Shown here: positions 13,636-27,284 of the stretch, piece after piece
Numbering within the stretch: position 1 is the stretch's first letter
Layout of the letters: each line of letters opens with the position of its first letter
Assembly (NCBI RefSeq): GCF_036321535.1
Contig: NC_087437.1
Coordinates: 84,198,001-84,262,000 of the forward strand
Direction: 5' to 3'
Source: Camelus dromedarius
Lineage: Eukaryota
Length of the DNA stretch: 64,000 nt
Position numbers and translations under genes: made by a program
Notes under the pieces: generated by a model
Seen by the model: the letters and a program-made list of their open reading frames with translations, nothing else
Database searches by the model: none
What the model was told of the DNA's origin: nothing

Positions 13636-15160
13636 ATATATTCATTCAACAAATGTTTTTTCAATGTCTCACAAGTGCTAAGTACAATTCTGGGTATAGT
13701 AAACTTGGAGATGAATGAAGAGTCAGAATGTCCCTGGTCTTGTAGAGTTACAGTACACTGGGGTAAACCATAGTCAAGGAATAGCTTTCTAAAGAAGTGA
13801 TATTGCATAGGATGTAGAGAAATAGGAATGTTCACATACTGCTGGTCAGTGCTAGCTGATTCAGCTATTTTGGAGAATAATCTGACAAGATTACTTGAAG
13901 TTGAAAATGTGCCTAATCTCTGACTCAACTCCACTCTGGGAAATAATGTAGAACACTTGCAAATGTACAGGAGGATGAAGGTGTGTGTGCATGTGTGTGT
14001 CCATGTGTGTGTGTATAAATAAAAAGGATGTTTACTGCAGCATTGTCCCTAACATTTGGAAACCAACTAAATGTCCAATAAAAAGGGAACAGACGTGAAA
14101 ACTGTATGTAATTACAACTGAACAGTACACATCTGTAATGAATGAAGTGAAATCATATGTGTAACATGGATCTCAAAATCGGTGTGAAAAGAATTATACA
14201 GTGATGGTTTATATCATGATACATTTATGGATCATTTATGTTAAAAAACAATGGTATGTATCTTTTATGGATATATACTAAGTAATAAATGTAAATGATA
14301 ATACACAGAAAAAGAAGTGATATGGCAGATGAGACAGAATAATGAAAAGTCATGAGCCATGTGATGATCTAAGTAACAGGGGAGGGAGAGAAGGTGTTAT
14401 AGACTGAACTGTGTCCCCCTGAATTCTGAACAAAGCCCAATGTGACTGCATTTGGAGATAGGGCCTTAAAGGAGGTTATTGAGATTAAATGAGGTCATAA
14501 AGGCAGGGTGCCCTTATAAGAAGAGGAAGAGACACCAGTAGTGCACATGCACAAAGGAAGGGCCATCTGAGGACACAGCAAGAATGCAGCCATCTGCAAG
14601 CCAGGAAGAGTCCTCACAAGAAACCAACTCTGGTGGCACCCTGATTTCGGACTTTCAGCCTCTAAAACTATGAGAAAATATTTCTGCTGTTTAAAGCCAC
14701 CAAGTCTGAAGTATTTTGTTATGACAGCCTTAGCAGACTAATACAGAAAAGGAGATATTTATGTCAGAAAACAACAATGTGAAAGCTCTAAAGGAGGAAG
14801 TGCTTGGAGAGCTCTAAAAACTTAGGGATGTGGGTAGGACTGCAGTCACACCAAGTGTGGCAAATGTAGGAGATGAAGTTGCAGAGGCAGGCAAGGGCTA
14901 GATCAAGGGGGCAGGGGAAGGCTACTGGGCCATGATGATGAGTTAGGAAATTTTTTTAAAGATAACATGAAGCCAATGGAAGATAAGAGACAAGACCAGC
15001 CACTTTTGGAATAATGGATTGTTAAAGTTAATATAGGGAACTGTTAGGCTATTCCAGTCTATATTTGATCTAGGAGGTTAGTAGGGACCAACAGGAGGGA
15101 ACAGATTTGGGATAAACTTTCAAGGTAGGGCCTAAAGAACTTGCTGATAAATTAATGAGA
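13636..15160 (-). mobile_element. L2 LINE split by an L1M 3' fragment (~13820-14300, +) and an MLT1A LTR
   Basis: L2 tail ttcattcaacaaatg at 13641. L2-like sequence resumes after 14745 (ggagatgaagttgcagaggcaggcaagggctagatca). The intervening sequence has gaaaccaactaaatgtccaataaaaggg, typical of L1M. Confidence 0.55.
14395..14745 (+). mobile_element. MaLR solo LTR, MLT1A/B-like
   Basis: tgttatagactgaactgtgtcccc...tgtgactgcatttggagatagggcc...cttataagaagaggaagagacacc...gtattttgttatgacagccttagcagactaataca; TG...CA termini. Confidence 0.85.
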
Positions 15161-15829
15161 AAAAAGTGATAGTTACCTGGCTTTGACCATTCTCTCTGAA
15201 AGTCTCTTCATTCTAATAGATAGTCAGAAATCACAAGATTGGATATCTAGTTTTAATAGTTTGTGACTCATTAAAATGAAGAAAAGTCTCTGTTAACATG
15301 ATTTTAAGTACATCCTTCAATGGAGATTACATTCAAATTACATGAAACAATTGAAAAATAAAAAACCCTAAAGGTGGATTTTAATACTTTCATCGATCCC
15401 CTTCCGCAAGTAACTTCTTAACCCCATGCCTAGAAGAAATTACTGTATTGGACCAGAGTTAATCTCTTTTTGTGAAACCTCTTCTAGGTACCACACAGAG
15501 CTTTTATTCCATGATACTACATAATAGAATATACATTTCTCACTTTATGACCCCCACCATGGGCTGAACACAATAATTCCTAAATTTTTATCCTTGTTAG
15601 TATTGATGGTTATAGTTTTGTTTCTCCATGCCACACTTTCTTGACCCGTTATCCATGTTCCAATAGACTTAGGTATTAGCAGGTCCCAGTTTATGTTTTT
15701 GTAAATTGAACTGCCGTAGAAAATATCTATTTTTCTAGCTTGGCCAGCATTACATGATGTGTTATCCTGTCATCTGGAGATGAAGACCAGATCTATTAAC
15801 TTTTTGTATGCATTATCCATATTTTATTA

Positions 15830-16265
15830 TTGTAAGTGGATTCATCTCTATTTACGTTTTTCATCTCCTGTTATTTATTCTGGGGTTTCACTGGGGTCAT
15901 CTGACCTTGCCTGGATTTGGCAGGGCAACCCTGCTTCAGTCTGTGGATCTTTCTAGGCTTGGCTCCTTATTATAGTAGGGGCTCAGAATCCTCCAGCAAA
16001 TACTAGTGAAGCTCTTCTCATGATGCTGGCAAAGGTACAATAGAACTAACAAAAACAAAGCTAGGATCCTTGAGAGGTAGGTTCAGAACTGGTAACTAAT
16101 TTAGATTCTTATTCTATTGGCCAAATTAAGTCATATAGCTGAGGCCAAAGTCAAGGAGTCAGGAAAAACACTTGCCCTTTACTGGGACGAAGGGCAAAAT
16201 TACAAGGGAAAGAGAATTAATACAAGGAGGGGTGAATAACTGAGACCAATAATTCAATTTGCCAG
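15830..16265 (-). mobile_element. Old MaLR LTR (MLT1H/I/J class)
   Basis: ggttcagaactgg...ttctattggccaaattaagtcatatagctgaggccaaagtcaagg...ggtgaataactgagaccaataattcaat. Confidence 0.6.
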
Positions 16266-16539
16266 TCATATTCAAATGTCATACCTGTACTCACCCTTCT
16301 CTAATTATACAGATTAAAACAAGTGTATAACTAATTATGATAGACACACACTTAGGAAAAATTAAAATGTAGTAACTGTGTATATGTCTACATACATATA
16401 TGTAATACCCACATACATACACACAGATACTTACACACATATTACTGCAGGGGAGATGGATGATAAAACAGCATACTCTGAGATCTGCAGAGGGCCCCCT
16501 GATAACTTTGCTAAGTGATGTTCAGAACATATGTGTCAG

Positions 16540-17650
16540 GAAAACTCAATGTTCAGGCACAGATGGCTTCTCTAGTGAATTCTACTAAACACTTAAAAAA
16601 AAATACCAAATTTGAACAAAAAATTCCAAAATATTGAAAAGTAGGAAATACCATCCAATACATTTTATGAGGTCAGTAATACTTTGATTCTAAAACCAGA
16701 AGGAGATATTACAAGTAAAGAAAAATACAGGTCAACAGCCCTCATATACACAGATGGAAAAAACTCCAATTAAAATTTTTAGAAATACGAAATTTTTAAA
16801 ATATTAAATCATAAAAAAGGTATTTTATCCCAGGAATGTAACTAGCATCATATTTAATGGTGAAAATTTGAATGCTTTCATTTCAAGATTGGGAACAAGG
16901 CAAGAATATTCATTCTATTTCTGTTCAACACTGTTCTGAAGGATCTGGACAGTGAAACAAGGAAATAAAAAATATCCAGTTTGAAATGGAAGCAAACTTT
17001 CTTATTCATAGATGACATGAAAATATGAACTAAAATCATCTATGGAATATATAAAAACATTCTAGAATGAATCAGCGAGTTTAGGAAGGTTGTAAGATAT
17101 GAGATCAATATACAAAAACTATTTGTATTTTTACAACAGTGGGAAATTAAAATGAATGAAACAATATTTACAATATTATCAAGACATGAAATATGTAGGG
17201 ATAAAAATGGAAAACAATCAAAATGTCCATCAACAAATGAATGGATAAACAACTTATGGTTTGTCCGAAAGATGTTCTACAAAGCAAAAGTGTAATAACT
17301 ATTGATATATGCAAATGCAGAAATAAATGTAAAATAATTATGCTGAAATTAAAGAAGCCAGGCAGAGAAATGTGTTTGTAATACATAATCCCTGCAATAT
17401 AAAATTCTAGAAAATGTGAACTAAAGCATAGAGATTAATGTATAGAGCCATGGTGATTGGTTGCAAGAAGGATAAGGAGAGAGAAATTATAAAGGTGTAT
17501 GAGGAAATATTGGGGACAATGGATAGGCTCGTTATCTTGATTATGCTGATGGCTTCACAGTCATATTTATATACCCAAATTTAGCAAGTTTCATGCTGTA
17601 AAGTACAGTTTTTATATGTCATTATACTGTATAAAGCTGTTATAAATGTT
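16540..17650 (+). mobile_element. Old L1M ORF2 fragments followed by an L1M 3' end
   Basis: caggcacagatggcttctctagtgaattctactaaac, ttttatgaggtcagtaatactttgattctaaaaccaga, and aaatgtccatcaacaaatgaatggataaacaa. Confidence 0.7.
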
Positions 17651-19420
17651 TTATATTTATCTCCTGATTTTTAACTAAATTTTACACATTTTATTCTAAA
17701 GTAAGCAAATCTTCTAAAATATAAATAACTCTTCTGTTAGAACTTTTTACATCCAGTTTACTTTTCAGAAATTAAAATATTTATATTAACTAGGCAATAA
17801 TCTCTATAAAGCAAAGAGTTTATCTCTGTGAAAACTCAAGTAATTCTTGATGGCAATATATTTTTTATGCATCTAAAAAGAATAGAAGGTTAAAAAAGGG
17901 AAGATCACTTCAAATTATTAAAACAAAAGAGATCTGAAAAATAATATATTTAACAGTTTAGAGGGAAGCGTTTGAAGTACAGATTCTGCTGAAAACACTG
18001 ATATTCAGAGAAATGGCTTTGAATCAAAATTGCTGAGTTTAGGCCCTGTTTAGTGATAAAACTAGAAAAAATCATTTAATGTTTTTACCTTCACACTAAT
18101 TTTTCCAGCTTAGCATACATTACTTTTACTTTTCTTACACTATGAGGTATAATCAACTAGTAAGCCTTTCTTCTACAATACTTTTGCTGTATGTTACTTT
18201 CTTTTTAATTCCTAACTTTAACTCATAATTTTCTATGAAAGGGAGAGAAAATGTTGACCAATAAAGGCCAATGATTCAGTAATTATTTTTTCTCCAATAA
18301 TAAAACTATTTTCAATAATCTTCAGTTTAATTTACTTATCCTTGGAGGCTTCATTAGATCTACTAATGAACTGGGCATCATTTAAATTAGAATTAACACT
18401 TTCATCCTTCTTATGAATATATATAAGACAAACTTTGAAATGTTGGCCATCTGGGAAAACAGTCAAGCTGTCATAGCAAAATGAAGACATTTCTCAATGA
18501 ACAGTACTACTTCATGGCCACCAGACAGTAAATAAATAGACATTCATTGCTGTCACATTGAGGGAAATTCCCTCAAAAAAACATTGCTATCTCCTTTAGG
18601 AATTCTTGGATACTTTGGTCATCCCTTTGAAGTAATAGTCATTTAAAGATATGTTTCACATGCAATGCTAGACTTCCTTCCATGTTTCATTAGTAGGCAC
18701 AAGAACTGCATGGTATTTTTCCCACTTAGCAGTCAAACCATTAAATTCGATAAACATCACTAATATTATGGTTCAAAGATTAGAGTCTCTTCTTAAGGAT
18801 GCCAGGTATACATAGAAAAAGGAGTCTTAACAGAAGAGATACATTAAGCAATCATTTTTCCATTTCCTCCAATTAAGTTTTTGTGTATTTACTCCAGGCC
18901 ATTAATAAAAGAAGGGAGGGAGGAAGGAATGAAAGGTGGGTAGAAGAGTGAAAGAAGCTCTTCTATTTAAAGAGCAAAATTATATTCAAACAGTGAATAG
19001 CATGAGGTAGACTGACACCCCTTAGGAAGGAGATGATAATGCTCGGTATGAAATACTGAAAATTTATTTTAAGATTAAATGTCATATGATTTTTCCAAAT
19101 CCTTAGTTATGATTGAGTATAATGAATGACTTGAATATCTATATATATTGAAAGATAAGAATAAGAATGGCACAATATAACCACAGTTCCACAGGAAAGT
19201 TTAGTCACATAGTACATAGTCTAAGAAATCTCAAATATAAATGAATTTGATGATAAAATATTCACCATGCAGCTTAAGTTGACTTCTTCAAAGGGCATAA
19301 ATAAGAGAGATGGTGCAGGGGCTGGTGGCAGGGGGGGAGTGTGCAACAAGAAAGAGAAGTCAAAAAATGAATAAATGACAAAATACAGTAACTGTAAATT
19401 TCCAAGGGGGCACTACTGAA

Positions 19421-19442
19421 GATATATATATATATATATATC
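19421..19442. repeat. (TA)n microsatellite
   Basis: gatatatatatatatatatatc. Confidence 0.9.
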
Positions 19443-20496
19443 CCAAAAAACTCCTAGAGCACTACACAAAACATGTTTTACAATATGAAACTATTATTCT
19501 AGCTAAAAATAAAGGGTTTCATTTATATATTAAACAGGTACAATATACTGCTTATTTTAGAAATATCTTTATAAAAAGATACTTATTCAAGATTATCAAC
19601 AACTTGGGGACATTTTTTAAAATGCCAATTCTAAATATGTTTTATAACATAATAAGCAAAGTATACAAAATCATGCGCTCTATGCAAATATACACCCCTT
19701 CACAAAAGCAATAGCACCATTATTGTGCAGGTCTGTGTCTATTGTGTGGCAGGGATCATGGCAATTCATAGCAATTCAGTTGTAATTCAGGATGTAATAG
19801 GAAGGCAATAAAGTTCGTTAAGTTTATGGCATACCTTAATAAAAACATATTTACCACTGCCAAAAGGTCAAAATAATCTGCAAGTAGGGAGAAAATATGA
19901 GAATGTACTGGAAACTGAATCTTACGATTCACAAAAAAAATCTGTTTTCTTGTAATTTCTAAGTAAAAGACAATCTGAATTTTACTTATCTGAATTTGCT
20001 CCTGTGTATTATAAAAAGAATATAAACTATAACTCACCAATTTTTAACAAATTTTCAGTGCCTGGCATGGCAACTAGTCAAGATGTTTCAGCATGAGATA
20101 ATTAGCAAAGAGAGACCTTGAAAAGATCTCATCAGCAAACAGCCAGCATTGAACTAACACTCCTCTAAGGAAAACACTCATACACTACTTTTTTTTTTTA
20201 CTAAAATGATCTTTTACTCTCAGATACTTTTGCATTTTAATAGAAATCAAACTCTGTTTCCTAAAATAGATCAATATGAAATCCTCTATTGAATGTTTTT
20301 GAAATTATATTCCTTAGCCCAGATGCCTTAGTAAATGACTGAATAAAAATGATGGCTAACTTGTGAGGGAAACAGTTCCACTAGAAGTTTTATCCTGTTT
20401 AATTGTAAAAATGTTACACACTAATAACAGGCTCAAAAGGACAAGTTTGATCATTTTATTTATATTTCCTAGACATACATTAATTTGTCTACAGGG

Positions 20497-20708
20497 AAGA
20501 GCTCTACAAACACTATTTGTAAAGAACTAGATAGCAGATATTTAGGTTTATGGGCCGTATGGTCTCTGAAGCAATTACTCAACTTTGCAACTGTGACTTG
20601 AAAGCAGTGATAGACAATACGTAAATAAACAGACTTTGCTGTGCTTTAAAAAATCTTAACTCATGAAAATGGGCTGGAATGGCAAGCAGGGAGTTTGCCA
20701 ACTCCCAT
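20497..20708 (+). mobile_element. hAT-Charlie DNA transposon, MER58A-like
   Basis: gatagcagatatttaggtttatgggccgtatggtctctgaagcaattactcaactttgc...gaaagcagtgatagacaatacgtaaa...agtttgccaactccc. Confidence 0.75.
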
Positions 20709-20728
20709 TACACAGTGTTACCTGATAA

Positions 20729-21284
20729 TGACCAAGAGCCTCTCTTTGACCAAACTTTGTCAGGCTCCTCTGAACCCTCTGCTCATCAAGGCCTGACCAT
20801 GAGCTTTTGTCTCTATTCCTGTAAAGTCCAGTTTTTGCAAGAATCTTGCTAAATTGATTGACAGAATCCCCCACTGAACCCTCTGCTCATCAAGGCCTGA
20901 CCATGAGCTTTTGTCTCTGTTCCTGTAAAGTCCAGTTTTTGCAAGAATCTTGCTAAATTGATTGACAGAATCCCCCACCCTAAATATCTGATCAATTCCT
21001 CATCTCCCACAATCCCCCAAGTGATATGTGATCACCCTGTTCAGCCATTAGAAAGAATCCTGTCAGGATGGTTTAGCCAGAATCCCCCCTTACCCTTGAT
21101 GTTTCCTCTCAGTAATTTTCCATCCGTTGACCCACACCATAATCCCTAGCTTTAAACTTCCCCTTTTCTTTGTTATAATTAGAATTGAACTCAATTTCTC
21201 TCCACTATTGTAAACCTCCATTGCAGTACTCCCACTGAATTAAGTCTGCCTTCAGCAAATGTCAGAATGATTATTTTTTTAGCA
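20729..21284 (+). mobile_element. Solo ERV1 LTR, MER31-like, containing an internal tandem duplication
   Basis: tgaccaagagcctctctttgaccaaactttgtcaggctcctctga...gcaagaatcttgctaa...ggtttagccagaatcccccttacccttgatgtttcctctcagtaattttccatcc...tttttttagca. Confidence 0.75.
20770..20977. repeat. Direct tandem duplication, 2 x 104 bp, one mismatch
   Basis: 20770-20873 and 20874-20977 are identical except a/g at 20815/20919. It produces two ORFs with the same N-terminus (20656..20874 and 20760..20978) offset by 104. Confidence 0.95.
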
Positions 21285-24200
21285 GTGTCAAAAATAATCT
21301 AGGATTTTCCTTTGATTGACCCAAATCCATATTTAATACCTGGATGATGCCTTCTTTTTTTAAATAATGTTTCTCTTTCACCTTTTCTCCTATTCTTCAA
21401 AATTACTGTTTCATCATAGTTGTAAAATTCCATGAAAATCCTAATTTTTATCCTACAAATCAACATCTTTTTGTTATAACTGTGCCTTATGCTTCATTTT
21501 ATTGCAACAAGAAATTCTCTGTGGAATTTTTCTTGCCCCCAAATAGATCCCTAAACTAAGGTACAATCAGAGGCTACCTGCACACATTCTAAAGAATGAT
21601 GGTTTCAATGGTGAAGGTAATTCCTCTGGGGCTTGGTAAGAGGTGACACTGCTGGCCCTACACACAAATCATTATTGCTCTCCCCTCCCCTATCTCTATC
21701 CCTTTAAAATAAGAACTGTGGTATTAAATAATCCATCTATTCTTCCTATTAATTAGCGATCTTTATTTTATTGTAGGTTTAAGGATTTCATGTAATATCT
21801 ATTTTTTTCCTTTCTACTCAGTACCATTGATAAATATTTCTCTTTGGGAGTTATACTACACATTTTAAATATTTTCCCTTAAATATATTTTAATACCTGA
21901 CAGGGTTCTTTCTCTTTTATTGTTCTTTTCAAATAATCTATATGCCATTCCATTTAACATTTCATATAAAAATTTACAATCATTTTTGCCGAGTTCAAAG
22001 TAGCAAAACAGTAAGACTCTTGAGTATGATTTCTTTATAATTCTAAATAAACACTTACATCTTTCAAATATTTAAACTTCTTATCCAAGAATACAGTGTG
22101 TATATCAAATTACTCTACTCTTCCTTATCCCATTCAAAACAAATTTTAACTTGTAGCATTAAATAGAACATCCTCTTGCCAATTTTTAACAAATTTAAGG
22201 AAAACATACAATTCAACATTAAAGTAATAATGCCTCAGGACCAGATAGCTTTACTTTATTGAATCAGATATGAGTCATCTAAGGAAATACATTATTATAT
22301 TTCATCAATTAAGTATACAGAGAAATTTTATGGTCACCTCTATAGATGCCAGAAAATTTCTGAAAAAAATTATAAACCATCATGAAGAAAATATTTACCT
22401 AATTAATGTATGCTATTTATTTTATAGGATAATTTTGAAAATTATATAATTAAATATACTATTTCATATGTATGGAAAATTCATTCATGTTTAGCAAGCT
22501 ACAATACCCAATAAAATTAGGCTTTCAGAAGACGATGCTCTTGGTCATAATGCAATTAGTAGATTAATAGAGAATCTTTAGAAATATTCTCACATAATCC
22601 ATATTTAGTGCCATTCCAAAGTATTAACAACTAAAAGTTTTCTAGTTAATTTTATTTAAAATATTTAATTGGTTAACAGAGAGAGAAAGAAAATAAGCTT
22701 TTTCACCATGGTAGGGTGAGATATAAATTATCCTGAATAGTAGTAGTTAAATTTAAAATAAGAATCGGTATAAAACAAGAAAATGAGGATCTGAGTCATT
22801 TTAAGAAAAAGACAAAAAAAAAAAAAAAAAAAGTGATCCTATTTAAAGAATTCTATCCAAGACAATGGTTGTTTGTCTTTGTCAAAAGGAACAGGGCTTG
22901 CATCTTTCAAGAGGTTTTCACGACTTTTTATAGCAGTCACTTTTGATACTGTCAAATAATGGGAATAAATCATGCTTTTTCCTTGTCCACTGCTGAAGAT
23001 AAAGCAGAGCTTGTTTTTATGCTCCCAAAGTTCCCATCAATTTTGGTACTGCATGCTTCTTTATATGGTGATAGTCCTTGTATAGAGCAACTAGCAACTG
23101 GAAATCTCCATCCCTTTCAATTTATCACCACTCTACAGTTCCTCATAAAATAGAGACTACTGTTTTTCAATAATACCATAGTCCTTATTTATTAGAACTC
23201 ATTCTAAAAACAGATAGTTTGTCCTAAGTTCGTATTGAAAATGGTAACTGGTTATACAGAATAATGATGGGGAAATACCTGTAATACTGAAACTTTCCAT
23301 GTATAGTGTTATATGCCCAAAGGGAAAAACGTTCAAGTACAAAACAGAGAACTATTTCTTTAAAAGGCCACGTGCAAAATTGAGGACAAAAGTAATTTAT
23401 TTAATTCTTACTATAAGTCATTATTTCAAAGGAATAAAAATATTAATAATATCCCTCCAATATCATCATAATGTGTATTCAAGTTTATCATCACCTCTGA
23501 ATAATCATAGTAACAGTTACTATAAATGAAATAAAAATGTTTTTCTCACAAAAGATAACAGGATATCTTAAATCAAAATAAATATTTTAAGTATATTTAT
23601 ATTAGATACACTATTCTTCAAATCTATCTCACCCACTCCTTTTTCTGTATCAAGTTCTTCCTTTTGATGCCTGTTTTCCTTAGAATTATGTTGTCCTTTG
23701 AAATATACTTCCCTAGAGCTTAGATATGTGAATATCCTAAAAACGCAAATTACTACATTTTTGTTCATATGGAGGATGATACACATTCATACCTCTGTAG
23801 TTCCAATGCGAGCTCTGACTAAATAATGAAAAATAGTATAATACAAAATTATCCCCAAATTTTAAGATGTATGATATAATTTTACTATTTATATTTGTTA
23901 TGATGCTTAGAATATTATTTAATTTGAATTATGTACAGACTTACTAAATACAATATTCTGTTATTATACTGTATTTCTATAAAGTAAAAAGTGAGGTCTT
24001 TTTCTTCTCTGGTAAAATTTTGCCATTATATCTTCAATGTACTACACGTTATATTCCAGTGTAAAGTTTATCCTGAATGTTCTGTTGCTACTGTGGATGC
24101 TACATGGAAATAATCACCTCATCTTCAAAACAGTTGAATCCTATTTATTTATATGGAATGAGAATAAGGTTTAAATTTATAGAAATATTTTTATTCTAAT

Positions 24201-24299
24201 GTTTAATTTAGCATATTTAGTTTAGTTCATATCTAGTTAAACGGAACATTGATACATAGTCTACTTCTTGTCTGTTGATCAAAAGAAAATCCTGATTAT

Positions 24300-26262
24300 T
24301 TATACTGGATGTGGCTTAATATTAAAGTTTACATGTAAAAGCTTTTACTCTTGGATTATACAATTTTTACAAGTGTCGCCATTGTGGGTAAAATGCATAT
24401 GGCACTTCTACACCAAGGCTTATAAGAAGATGTGCAGTCTGTATGTTCTTTTTCTTTCTCTCATTGGATACAGAAGACTACGAGGCCATATGTAATAATG
24501 AAGTTACAGATGCGAAATCTATAATTCTCCTATTTTCTGTATGAAGGAAAGCCCTCAACAACCAGGAACACCTTGGACTGTAAAGTAAATGAAAAATGAA
24601 CTTCTACACATTAAGGCTCCAGAATTTGGAATTTTGTCTTCTCAGCTTTTAAATCTTACCTTAATTGAAGATTTAAGTGTATATGGGGGTGTGTGTATGT
24701 GTTTGAATGTGTATGTGAATATACAGATATATACACACATGGCAATTTCTTAGTAGTCAGGGGGCAAGTGATTTTTAAAACTGTAATAGAAGACTGTACT
24801 GATGGGAACCTATATTATACCATAGTATCATTCTTGGTAAACTTTATCTGCAATAACTTGGAAGGCAGGTCAAGTGCTGATTTGTGTTGACTGCTACTTA
24901 ATACATCAAACAAGATACTTCCAGGAGGAAACAAGCTCAGGCAATAAGTTGAAAGGTTGAAAGTTGGAAGGAGAAGGAAAAGAAGAGTATAGAATTTTAG
25001 TGCTTTCAGGATAGGAAAAGATAATATCTTTCCCAATAACCAGAAACAAAACTAAGAAAAAGGTATCTCTGAGCACCAAAGATAGGTTAACACATCTCAG
25101 TTAAACAAACAAACAAAAAACTCAGCCATATGTTTAAGATCTATCCAACCCAATAGTTTAAAACACCCTGAAGTTAGTTTCTATTAAGCTGAGAAAGGCA
25201 TGTGAATATTGAGGCAAGTAGGTAAATTAATAAATAAAACATACTTGAAAATTATGTCGAAGACAGAACTTTGGGTTTGGATTTTGTGTGTAGTTTCTGG
25301 CATGTATAATTGACAAACAGATTAAAAGACTACTATGAATTTTAGGAAATCTTATTGCCAACAATTCATGAGTGTAGTCTAAAAGAGCCTGTATCTAAGA
25401 AATGATCCTTGAGCGCACAAAACAGATGAGCATGGAACAGGTATGAAAGCTGTTCAATCACCAAAACTATTTCAAAAATTATCAGGATAATAAGAAGCTC
25501 ACAGTGTAGCCAAGGATCATTGAGAACAATGGATAAGAGCATCCCACTGAATGAGTGTCCAGATCTGTTGAGGTTCTTCACATTGCCTGCCCATCACTGC
25601 TCTGAACCATTCATGGCTGTGTGATTCCTATCATTCTCCTTTCTTAATGGGAGTTTTCTATTTATTTCAACCATTGTGTATTTTGTGTTAGGGACAGGTG
25701 GCTTATTATTTAATGTGCAGGTCACCAGCTGAAAAGAAGAAATATTCGAACCAGATGAAAAAAACTTTGTGTTAACAGATATATGAGGATTGGCATGTAC
25801 ATTTTGTGGGTGAAGTGGCAAAATACTGCAGAGATAACCAAGAACCTACCAAAAAAATGGGCTTCCTCCTTCATGATAAAGAATTTTTGTTGGAAAGTGA
25901 CTACTGAGCTAGGAACAACATTTAACAACATCCCACCCCTATTTGCATCTAAGTACAGCCATATAACTAGTTCTCACTGCTGGTATGCAAGAGGAAATAA
26001 TATGGCTCTTCATATTTGGGTTGGTTAAAAACACATGTGCCTTTTCCAATCTCTTTTTATAATTTCTGAGCTAGACACAGAAAACTACAAGGCTCTAAGA
26101 GATGGCTGGCCCACTAAATGCAAGTAGTCCTGGATCCCTGAATCACCACATGGAACAGAACTGACAACCACAAATGCTAACATGAATTCTTTGGTAAATT
26201 TTTAGGAATCTTAAGTTTACTCTTTATAAGGCCTCAGGTAGCAGCATTAGTGCCAACTATAA
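24300..26262 (+). mobile_element. Degraded MaLR with LTR-internal-LTR layout (MLT1H/J class)
   Basis: LTR-like 3' part at ~24470-24670 (gaaaaatgaacttctacacattaagg), MLT-int-like motifs (ttggtaaactttatctgcaataacttggaaggcag; cattctcctttcttaatgggagttttc), and a second LTR at ~25860-26262 (ttgcatctaagtacagccatataactagttctc...tggatccctgaatcaccacatgga). Confidence 0.5.
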
Positions 26263-26419
26263 ATTCTCCAAGTTAAAAAAAAAAAAAGACAAAGAAAATA
26301 AGTTAGTACACGAGTTACAATTGCAAAGTACACATCAACACTAATGCTAATAAATATTCAGGCCTAATTTCTTTCAAAAGTTACCTGAATCTCACTTTAA
26401 GACCCATAAAGAATAAAAC

Positions 26420-27260
26420 AACATCCATAAAAAAATAAATAAATAAATTATGAAACAAAGGCAGAAATGAAGCAATAACAAGTGAGAATGAAAAAACTCA
26501 ATAGATGAAGTAATCTCTTAGATGCAGCAAAAGTGAAAACTCATAACCTGGAAATTAGCAGAGATTAAAATTTCAAAAAACATATTAAAGAGGATAATAC
26601 TGAAAGTCTCCAACAAATTATCTCACAGGCATTCTAGAAATAGAGAGCAGAAGAGTATCATACACATAGACTTTTTAAGGCTAAAAACACAAATGTGAAT
26701 GAAGCAGGAAAAAATAAACCCATAACAGTTTCATAATAATGTAATTGAAGGCCAAAAATATGGAGCCTATAGTTTCCCAAATAATGTCACTGGCAACAAT
26801 AGATTCTTACGGACAGGGATATAATATTTGCAGAGTGTTGAGGAAAAATAATTATCATCTGGTATTCTATATCCAAATAAACAGTCATTGAAAAGAGAGG
26901 GCAAAATAAAGATATTTTTAGATATCCATTAAATAAAGATCTTAAACACTTATAGAACCTTGCCAAGACATCTACCAAAGGATATACTTCATCAAATGGA
27001 ATACTGAACCAAGAAAAAAAAAGATATAATGATAGAAAAATACAGCAAGAATAAAAACGGTTACTATATCTCCTTATATCTAAGTACTGACTTTATAAAA
27101 TGATTGATTTTGATTTTATTTAAAAGGTAGAGTAAAATTCTAGGCAATGTTAACAAGAAAGATAGCAATTTCAGTGGGTGACATGGTGTGTCATATTTAG
27201 AAAGAAAAGAGAGATGCTGAATAATTTTATCCTCTCTTAGAAATATATGTATTTCATAGG
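26420..27260 (+). mobile_element. Very old L1 ORF1/HAL1-like fragment
   Basis: A-rich strand with tattctatatccaaataaacagtcattgaaaagagagggcaaaataaagatatttttagata, resembling the ORF1 C-terminal region. Confidence 0.45.
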
Positions 27261-27284
27261 ATTTTTTAATTAATCAAAGGTCTT

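Noticed and set aside
20656..20978. Two ORFs with identical N-termini, suggesting paralogous small genes
   Set aside because: A by-product of the 104-bp tandem duplication within an LTR.
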